A stretch of 64,000 bases of DNA, from the NCBI GenBank assembly GCA_965200245.1, contig CBDATS010000005.1, forward strand, positions 785,365-849,364, written 5' to 3'. Numbering within the stretch: position 1 is the first letter of the stretch; every line of letters begins with the position of its first letter. A program made the translations under genes and the position numbers. Of this stretch, positions 56,139-64,000 are shown in pieces. Below the pieces are notes generated by a model. It was given only the letters and a program-made list of their open reading frames with translations, made no database searches and was not told where the DNA came from. The DNA is from a bacterium. GTDB lineage: Bacteria > UBA8248.

Positions 56139-56492
56139 ATGAATTTCGACATACGCCCCGCCACCGCCAAAGACATGGAAACCATCATCCTCTTCAACAT
56201 TGAACTGGCTCTCGAGAGTGAAAATCTTCGTCTCGACCCCGAGACAGTCCGTCGGGGCGTAAGAAAATCACTTTCCGACCCTTCGATGGGACGGTATTAC
56301 CTTGCCTGCCGAGGCGATGAAATTCTGGGGCAAATCCGGGTGACTCTGGAGTGGAGCGATGGGAACAACGCGCAATACTGGTGGATTCAAAACGTATACG
56401 TCGACGCGCAAAACACCGCGGCTCAGGCAGTTTACAGGAATCTGAACATGGAACAAAGCCACTATCTGATTTTCGAGCAAATGGAAAAGTAA
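56139..56492 (+). pseudogene. GNAT acetyltransferase with internal in-frame deletion
   Basis: TLEWSD...WWIQNVYV jumps straight to DAQNTAAQAVY; acetyl-CoA motif A (RxxG) is missing. Confidence 0.7.
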
Positions 56493-56521
56493 TCGAAAAG
56501 ACCCGAGATACGCTTCTTCGA

Positions 56522-57010
56522 TCAGGAGCCCTTTTGATTCCTCTTGAGTGGGATGACATCCGCGGGCCTTTGCGCATCATCGCGACGCCGTCCCCGCCAG
56601 GAGGAAGGCCATACATACCGCACGCGCCATACGGTGCTGGCTACCCCACCTAACGCCCACGTCACGATACCGCCGGCGTATCGCGTTTTTTGTCCCAATG
56701 AACGAAACGCCTTTTTACCCCCTTTTTCTCCAATAGAGACAAGGCGGGACGTCGCTTCTTTCGCTGCGCCGATAGGCCGGAGAGCCTGCAAGATCGCCTG
56801 GCGCAAGACCCACTTCATCATCAGGCAAAATACGATGGAGAGACAGAAAAAGACGCCCAGAACCTTCAGACCCCGGGCGGGTTCATCGACTATCATGACG
56901 CTCATCTGGGCGATGCCGTAAAACGCCAAGCCCACCATTCCCAGGCATACGGCCACGGCTCCTCCCGAGCGCGTGATCAAGCGCAACATGCCGAGCATCG
57001 TCTTCTCCAC
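56522..57010 (-). CDS. Hypothetical membrane protein
   Basis: Two to three hydrophobic helices and a basic C-terminus. Confidence 0.55.
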   Translation of the reverse strand: MEKTMLGMLRLITRSGGAVAVCLGMVGLAFYGIAQMSVMIVDEPARGLKVLGVFFCLSIVFCLMMKWVLRQAILQALRPIGAAKEATSRLVSIGEKGGKKAFRSLGQKTRYAGGIVTWALGGVASTVWRVRYVWPSSWRGRRRDDAQRPADVIPLKRNQKGS

Positions 57011-57117
57011 ATATCCGTTGACGCTGCGGAATACCCTTTGACTCCACCAGAATCAGAATACCTTATTTCCAAAATCGAAATCCAGCCCATGTACGAGACG
57101 TCAAATTGAAGTTTCCA

Positions 57118-57146
57118 TTGACGGGCGCAACCTCTCGTTTTATGTT
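57118..57146 (+). promoter_or_regulatory. Sigma70-type promoter of serS
   Basis: TTGACG-17 nt-TATGTT upstream of RBS GGAGGAG. Confidence 0.6.
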
Positions 57147-57184
57147 CACTAACCCATCAGGAAACATCATGGAGGAGTTGTAAA

Positions 57185-58468
57185 TTGTTCGACATTCGTC
57201 TCATCAGAAACAACCCGGAAGCTGTGACGCGCGCGCTCACTCGCAGGGGCGGCGATTGGAACGTCCCTGATATCGTAAATATCGACGCCAGGAGGCGGGA
57301 TTTAACGCACCAAGTGGAAAGCCGGGTGGCTGAGACGAGAAAACGCAGCAAGAAAATAGGCGAACTCAAGCGCAACAAGGCGTCCGAAGAGGAAATAAAA
57401 GCGTTTTTGGCTGAAAATCAGCGTTTGACGGCCGAGGCGAAATCCATGGAGGAAGAACTTAGAGAACTTGAGCAAAAGCAACACGATTTCCTGCTGGAAC
57501 TGCCCAATGCGCCGCACGAAACCACTCCCGACGGCCAGAGCGCGGAAGACAACACCCTTGTGCGGGTTTGGGGCGAAAAACCGGTTTTTGACTTCGAACC
57601 CAAAGCGCATGACGAACTCGGCGAAGCATTGGGCGTTCTGGACATGAAGCGCGCAGCCAAAATTGCGGGGGCGCGCTTTGCACTCTACCGGGGGGCTGGC
57701 GCGCGTCTGGAACGCGCCCTCATCAACTTTATGCTTGACCTGCACACTAGCGAGCATGGGTACACCGAATGGCTTCCACCCTTCATGGTGAATCCCGAAG
57801 CCATGACCGGCACAGGCCAGTTGCCCAAATTCGAGGAAGACCTCTTTCGCGTCGACGACGGAAAATTCTATCTCATCCCCACTGCAGAAGTGCCCGTCAC
57901 GAACATCCACAGGGAAGAAATTCTGAGCGGTGAAGCTCTCCCTCTCAAATACACCGCCTATACCCCCTGTTTCAGAAGCGAGGCCGGGTCCTATGGCCAG
58001 GATACACGCGGCCTTATACGCCAACACCAGTTCAACAAGGTCGAACTCGTCAAATTCAGCCGGCCCGAGACGAGTTACGAGGAACTCGAAAGCCTGACCG
58101 CCGACGCCGAGAATGTGCTGAAAAAACTAGGGCTACACTATCGCGTCGTTACGCTTTGCGCGGGAGATCTGGGTTTTTCCGCTGCCAAGACGTACGACAT
58201 CGAGGTCTGGGTACCGTCGCAGGACACCTACCGGGAAATATCTTCCTGTAGCAATTTCGAGGATTTCCAAGCGAGGCGCGCCAGCATCCGCTTCCGGCCC
58301 GATGCTGGTTCCAGGCCATCATTTGTACACACGTTGAACGGATCGGGCCTCGCGGTGGGGCGGACTCTCGTGGCAATTCTGGAGAATTACCAGCGCGCGG
58401 ACGGGAGTGTGGAGATACCCGACATTTTAAGACCCTATATGGGCGGAATTGCCTATATTTCGCCCTGA
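57185..58468 (+). CDS. serS: Serine-tRNA ligase
   Basis: [42 protein letters not shown]. Confidence 0.98.
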   Translation: MFDIRLIRNNPEAVTRALTRRGGDWNVPDIVNIDARRRDLTHQVESRVAETRKRSKKIGELKRNKASEEEIKAFLAENQRLTAEAKSMEEELRELEQKQHDFLLELPNAPHETTPDGQSAEDNTLVRVWGEKPVFDFEPKAHDELGEALGVLDMKRAAKIAGARFALYRGAGARLERALINFMLDLHTSEHGYTEWLPPFMVNPEAMTGTGQLPKFEEDLFRVDDGKFYLIPTAEVPVTNIHREEILSGEALPLKYTAYTPCFRSEAGSYGQDTRGLIRQHQFNKVELVKFSRPETSYEELESLTADAENVLKKLGLHYRVVTLCAGDLGFSAAKTYDIEVWVPSQDTYREISSCSNFEDFQARRASIRFRPDAGSRPSFVHTLNGSGLAVGRTLVAILENYQRADGSVEIPDILRPYMGGIAYISP

Positions 58469-58542
58469 AAACCCGCAACTCAGCAGCACCTTCCGTGTGA
58501 ACGTCTCATGTCTAGGTCGTGGCAGAATTCCCTGCAATGCGA

Positions 58543-58700
58543 TTGCGCCATATCATAGCGAGCTACGTCGTCATGTCTGGCGAGAACCTGCCGCTGGTGG
58601 GCAAGATATCCGGGCACGACCAAGCTATGCCCATCTAGCCGAAGATCACCCCGTCGTGGAGACTACCAACGGCGTGGCCGGCATGATAGCCCGCGGTTGT
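58543..58700 (+). mobile_element. Tyrosine integrase C-terminal remnant
   Basis: LRHIIASYVVMSGENLPLVGKISGH then, after a frameshift, YAHLAEDH; matches the LRH...LGH...YAH catalytic tail. Confidence 0.7.
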
Positions 58701-58832
58701 AACGGCGCCGGTACTCATGATACAGGCCACGGTCCCCCACTTCGTTCGCGACGACTCGCATTTTGGGGTAGAATTCCCACCCTCATTAGATATGGATATC
58801 GAATACCGCCGGGCGGGAAAAGGAGTTTCGAA

Positions 58833-59689
58833 GTGATCAGGGTCGTGTGCTGGAACGTCAACAAGCAGATAGAGCCATGCGCGTTCTGGCGGAGATGGCG
58901 CAGCAGGGAGAGGCAGATGTAGCCCTCCTGCAAGAAGCAGGTAACCCGCCCGGCGAACTCGTACATCTCCTCCGCTGCGAGGACGAGGTGTTCTGGAACC
59001 GGCAGTTGTACGACCGGTGGCCCTTGGTCGTTCAGTTGTCCGATCGGGTTGACGTCGAGTGGTTCTGGCAGGTTCCGCCCATCAGCGACCTCGGCGAGGG
59101 CGACATCGGTGTGAGCGGCATAGGGACCATCGCCGCCGCCAGGGTGGTGCCGCGCGGACGGGAGGAGAGTTCATTTGTTGCCGTGTCCATGTATGCGCGC
59201 TGGATGAAACCCCACCCGTCGACCGGCAGTCCGTGGTCGACCGGGGCTTCGGACGTGTCGGCGCACCGCATCCTTTCAGACCTGTCAGCCTTCATCGGCC
59301 ATATCGATATCGATCCAGCGAAACACCGGATTCTTGCAGCTGGTGAACTGAACATGTTCTACGGGGCGACAGGCGACAGACTCTCGTTGCCGAAACGGGA
59401 GCAAACCGTATGGGACCGGTTCGATTCTCTCGGGCTCCACTTTCTGGGGCCACAGGCAACGGACGGCCGTCAATCGGCGACTCCACAGCCCGACGTACCT
59501 AGCGACACGAAAAATGTTCCAACATTCTACATCAGGGGAAAATCTTCGGCGGATGCCGACCGCCAACTCGACTACGCGTTCGCTTCACGCGGCTTTCACG
59601 AGCGGGTGAAGGTCCGTGCGCTCAATGAAGTCGAGGAGTGGGGCCCCAGCGACCACTGCCGACTTCTGATCGAGGTTGCTGTTGATTGA
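58833..59689 (+). pseudogene. Endonuclease/exonuclease/phosphatase (EEP) family protein, frameshifted near the 5' end
   Basis: VIRVVCWNVNKQIEP in one frame; ADVALLQEA...AGELN...LDYAF...PSDH in another; ~1 nt missing near 58879. Confidence 0.75.
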
Positions 59690-60961
59690 GGCGACGCGAC
59701 TCACGGGCCACCGAAATGGATGCGCAAGCGCCGGGTCACCCCTTCCAGCGCGACCTCCTTCTTTCCGAGCTGACCCTCGCAAACAGTGTGCGTATCCGAA
59801 CGGATGAGCATGCCAGCCGGGATACCGTACTGTGCAGCGAGCCGTTCAAGGCTATGCGCTCCGACTGTTACCAGAAGGGTGGCGAATTCCCCAGAACCGC
59901 GCTTGCATCACCAATCGTGCTTTCCGTAACTACTCCTAGAAATCGCGCAACGGGTTCCGAACCGTTCCATCCCCAAGCACGGCTGACGCTTCCGTTCAGG
60001 TGTCGCTTGAGCCAAGCCGTTCAAGTAGAAACGGCTATCTGACCCGAGATCAGTTTGATGAGTCATCGAACAACAATGGAAAGGGGCTTGGGAAAGGGAG
60101 TACTCAGGTAACCGTAATTGGGTAGGAAACACCGAGCAACAGCTTCAACTCGCCAGCACGTAGTAAGCACGGTCCGACCTAGAATGTATGAGAACCTTGC
60201 TCGGACGAAGAATGTTGCATACCAACAATATCGCTGCCAACAATAATGTTTGTAATATGCACATTGGACGATGGTCATTGTACTCAGGAAAACTAGAACA
60301 AATTGGATCGAAGGAGGCCGGTTCTTCGACCGCAAACTTGATATTGAAACGCTCACGGAGCGTGTCCTAGACGGGATATACACACTGCTAACGGCCCGGC
60401 GCTTGCAGTGGGAGTTGTCAATCATTGGTGTTAATGGAATATCGCATGTTGCCAGTTTAAGTGATTAACTCTTTAGACAGGCGTCTAGATCAATTGAAAA
60501 CGATACCGAAAAACCTCGAACGGGTCGATATTGATTAACTATAAGTCTCGGCCCTAGTACGATGAGACGCAAGATTCTGTGATATGTGCTTCTCAAAAAC
60601 CGTTGGGAAGATACGGTATTAACCCGCATTGATTACAGATTGCGCCAAGGGTATTTTCCAAAGGCGATAATCCTCAGACCTCCAACAAGTATCTGGTCAA
60701 GATGAAGGCGATGGTTCGCTCCTGTATCCCATGCGCAAATTTGTGAGCAACCAAGAATACTGCAAGACTCATATCCGTTAACTAGTCAGGGAGAAACATA
60801 GAGTTCATAACCTATCTTTTCCCCTCTCTCCTCCTTACCCAATCAATGAAAAATGCTACTATCGCCCAAGCAGATGGAGTAGCGCAGTTTGCGCTAATTG
60901 AGAAATTTTAACGAATTTCCGCGTGGAACCATCGGATCAAGCGAAGTAGAGGGGTGAAACA

Positions 60962-61765
60962 GTGAACATTGCGCAATGCGCGATAAAGTGCATCGTTATC
61001 AACTTGCCACGCGCAGAAGCCCGGCGCGAGGCAATGCAAAATCAGTTCGACACTTTAGGCATCGAATTCGAGATTTTCGACGCCACTGACTGGCGCGAAC
61101 TGAACGAAGAGGATTGGGCCATCGTGGACAGAAAATCCCGCGACAAGGAGGGCCGCCGCCCGCTTTCAGATGGAATGATCGCCTGCCACTTGAGTCACAG
61201 GAAGGTACTTGGAGGTGTCGCGGCCGGAGAGGATGAGCTCGTCGCCGTCTTTGAAGACGATATAACACTCTCGCCCGAGATCGGTAGCACGCTTGATTCC
61301 CTTACGCAGCTCTACGCTTCGGACTGGGAATTCGACTTCATTTTTCTGCATAGACACAACAAGAACAAGCCTTTTACGCTACTCAAGAGGGTCGATGCGA
61401 GAATCCGGTTGGGCATCACGAAGTTTTCGGACTGGGGGGCACAGAGTTACGTGGTCTCGAAAAAAGGAGCGAGTCGCCTTCTGAAGCGTTTCCCAAAAAT
61501 AATCAATCGCACCGATCATACGCTGCACGCATACTGGGAAAGCGGGTTGAACGTCTTCTCCCTAGAAACGCCGGTTGTATTCGACGGAAACGAGGCGGGC
61601 GGCCATTCTTTTCTGCAGGAAGCGGCGGATTCACGTCCGAACCGGAATTTATGGAAACTGGGGCGCCGCGCGCTCAGCAATCTCAGGGAAGAGGCACTCA
61701 AGCGCGCATTCTATTACCACAAGGTGTGGGATGTTAAGAAAGACAGCAATTCAAAATGCTCCTAA
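60962..61765 (+). CDS. Glycosyltransferase family 25
   Basis: VINL....RR, FDATD, ACHLSH, VFEDD, QSYVVS. Confidence 0.9.
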   Translation: MNIAQCAIKCIVINLPRAEARREAMQNQFDTLGIEFEIFDATDWRELNEEDWAIVDRKSRDKEGRRPLSDGMIACHLSHRKVLGGVAAGEDELVAVFEDDITLSPEIGSTLDSLTQLYASDWEFDFIFLHRHNKNKPFTLLKRVDARIRLGITKFSDWGAQSYVVSKKGASRLLKRFPKIINRTDHTLHAYWESGLNVFSLETPVVFDGNEAGGHSFLQEAADSRPNRNLWKLGRRALSNLREEALKRAFYYHKVWDVKKDSNSKCS

Positions 61766-61856
61766 GCTAGGCTGCGTAAATCTAGAATCTAAGGTGACGA
61801 GAAGCGGCATCTCGGAAGATCATCGCGCCGGGGCAGAGGATGAGCGGAAAATAGAA

Positions 61857-63053
61857 ATGAACGAACCTGAAAAACCCACGAGAATCGCCTTTGCCATTCC
61901 TCATCTAGGCGGTGGCGGAGCGGAACGTTCCGTACTGAGATTGGCGCGAGGGCTAATCGAACGCGGGTATCATGTGGACATTCTCGTATTCAAGAAAATA
62001 GACACGCTTGTGGATGAAGTGCCTCCCAAGGCGCGCATATTTGCACTGAAACCGGAGCCGATACATGACTTTCGCGACCGAATTCTTCTCGCGCGACGCT
62101 TTGGTTTCAGAATACTCAGGTTTCTCCGAAAAAGTTTGTTGCAGGACGCCCGCTCCATAGCTACCTATATCGACGAAGAGCAACCAGACTACATAATTCC
62201 TTCGCTCCCCAGCCCCAAAGTGACGACATTGATGGCACTTTCTTTCACCAAGCTGAAACCCGTAACAATCCCGATCGTGAATAACGTCCTCATGAACAGG
62301 AAGCGCAGATTCCGCAAGCTCTACACAATCCTGCTTCCGATTGCTGACCGGGTCATCACCGTATCGGACGGCGTCGCGGACAATCTGGCCCTCACCCTCG
62401 AATTGCCTCGCGAAAGAATATCCCGAATCTACAATCCGGTCGTCTCAATAGACATCGCCGAGTTGGCTCGGGCCGCTCCCGAGCATCCCTGGATGTCGGA
62501 CGATGGCCCCCCGGTCTTATTGGCTGCCGGGCGACTGGCATGTGTCAAGGATTTTCCGACTTTACTTGAGGCATTCCGAAAGGTCTCCCGGAATCGCAAT
62601 GTCCGACTGGTCATTCTGGGGGAAGGAAGCTGGCGGCGACGTCTGGAGAAAATGATCCGCAAATTGGGACTACAGGAAAAAGTGTCTCTGCCAGGTTGGA
62701 CCTCGAATCCCTACGCCTTCATGAGCCGCGCCTCGGTGTTCGTCCTTTCGTCCAGATATGAGGGTTTGGGCAATGTACTAATCGAGGCAATGGCTTGCGG
62801 CTGCCCATGCGTCAGCACGAACTGCCCTTCCGGACCGGCTGAAATTCTCGATGACGGCCGGTTCGGCCCTCTTGTGCCCGTAGGGGATGACTCGGCGCCT
62901 GCGGCGGCCATGGAACGCGTCCTCGACTCTCCGCCGGACAGGAACACATTGCTTGCCAGGGCGCAGGAGTTCTCGCTCGACGCCTCGATCAATCAGTACG
63001 AACACCTGATACTCGACCTTGTTCGCGAGCGCCACCGTAGCCTGCCACTTTGA
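61857..63053 (+). CDS. Glycosyltransferase family 4
   Basis: GGGGAERS, IYNPV, AGRL...KDF, SSRYEGLGNVLIEAMACG. Confidence 0.92.
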   Translation: MNEPEKPTRIAFAIPHLGGGGAERSVLRLARGLIERGYHVDILVFKKIDTLVDEVPPKARIFALKPEPIHDFRDRILLARRFGFRILRFLRKSLLQDARSIATYIDEEQPDYIIPSLPSPKVTTLMALSFTKLKPVTIPIVNNVLMNRKRRFRKLYTILLPIADRVITVSDGVADNLALTLELPRERISRIYNPVVSIDIAELARAAPEHPWMSDDGPPVLLAAGRLACVKDFPTLLEAFRKVSRNRNVRLVILGEGSWRRRLEKMIRKLGLQEKVSLPGWTSNPYAFMSRASVFVLSSRYEGLGNVLIEAMACGCPCVSTNCPSGPAEILDDGRFGPLVPVGDDSAPAAAMERVLDSPPDRNTLLARAQEFSLDASINQYEHLILDLVRERHRSLPL

Positions 63054-63128
63054 TAATACACGACGATATGCGTCAAAATCTCCGGTGGATATGGTGGTGA
63101 AGATTCACCGGTGCGAAGGAACCCGACC

Positions 63129-63915
63129 ATGAAAGCGTTCGTCATCAATCTCGCCAGTGCGGTGGAGCGCCGCCGCCGGATGGAGGAACAATTCGCATTG
63201 GTGGGTCTGGAAGCGACTTTTTACCCCGCCTTTGACAAGCGAGAACTCACACCGGAACATTACGACCGGGTCGACAGGGAAACCAGGCGCCAGCTTGGTC
63301 TTTGGCCCCAGGCTGACGGCTCGATCGCCAACTGGATAAGCCAGCGACAGGTGATGGCAGAAATCGTGGAGAACGGGCCCGAAACCGTCGCGATTTTCGA
63401 AGACGACGCAGGTCTCTCGGCGGACTTACCCAAAGTGCTGGACGCGCTGGAACGCAGGCCCTTCGCATTCGACATAGTGAAGTTGAACCGGCGTTCGTCA
63501 AAAACCTTCATTCCTTGCGAACGCCTCGAAACAGGGCACCGGGTCGGGCGGGTGCGCTACCACGACTACGGCAACGAAGGTTACGTCATCACGCGCGAGG
63601 CGGCGCGGCATTTTCTCAAGAACACGCCCATGATGATGCGTGAAATCGACCAGGCAATCCCCCGTTTCTGGGGAAAACGGGCTGAACGTATTCTACGTCG
63701 ACCCGCCCGTCGTCTCGCACGCCGAGCAGGACGACTCCCAGATCGAGCGCGACCGCAAGATCGCACGCAAGGCGCACAAGCGTGCCGAAGGCGTTCTCTC
63801 CGTGACCTGGAGACGCACCGTGAGCACTCTCTCGCAGGAAATCAGGCGGCGTGCAGCCTTCCGGCGTCTGCTGCGCGGAGAAATCGGCGTCACTCCACCT
63901 GCAAAGCGGGAATAG
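63129..63915 (+). pseudogene. Glycosyltransferase family 25 with a 1-nt insertion frameshift in a G run
   Basis: MKAFVINL...IFEDD...GYVITREAA. TTCTGGGGAAAAC has one G more than FWEN requires; the C-terminus (ENGLNVFYVDPPVV) is in another frame and parallels YWESGLNVF in the paralog at 60962. Confidence 0.8.
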
Positions 63916-63930
63916 CTTCCCCTGAAACCT

Positions 63931-63948
63931 CCTCCCCTTGAGGGGAGG
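63931..63948. repeat. Short palindrome (REP-like or terminator stem)
   Basis: cctcccct-tg-aggggagg just downstream of the GT25 stop. Confidence 0.45.
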
Positions 63949-64000
63949 AATGAAAGGTACCGCAAAGAGGAACGAAACCGTACAATCACGATGAAAATAT

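Overview
A Gram-negative bacterial chromosomal segment of moderately high GC. The lysS-lolC-lolD-clpC-bamA-skp-lpxD gene order resembles Nitrospinota/Nitrospirota/deltaproteobacteria-like lineages, but this taxonomy is only an inference. Bases 1-32,100 hold a conserved envelope/housekeeping super-cluster, almost all on the minus strand: HNH-uvrB-uvrC-lnt-prfB (with +1 programmed frameshift)-lysS-lolC/E-lolD-clpC-bamA-skp-lpxD-fabZ-lpxA-GnnA-like oxidoreductase-lpxI-lpxB-DUF374 acyltransferase-waaA-lpxK, a convergent lptFG, and gmhB-hldA-heptosyltransferase-Trm112-GT2 pseudogene-msbA. Bases 32,200-42,100 are an AT-richer accessory zone around mrcA. It contains a decayed ClpP-fold (SDH) protease, a type IV AbiE toxin-antitoxin pair between diverged ~110-bp direct repeats, IS110 and IS1634 remnants, and an unannotated three-gene module (beta-rich protein + HicB-like + HicA-like) interrupted at a G11/C11 tract. 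Bases 42,200-58,500 carry metabolic genes: cyclase, pseudo-amidohydrolase, Fe-ADH, yqeC, M20 peptidase, CoA-transferase III, thiLE, a Mo-hydroxylase large subunit, a 5-haem cytochrome c and serS. The window ends with an integrase remnant, a frameshifted EEP nuclease and three glycosyltransferases. Several accessory genes appear to have lost part of their core by clean in-frame deletions, which suggests ongoing genome erosion. I found no rRNA, tRNA or CRISPR array. All family calls come from motif recognition by eye; no database searches were run.
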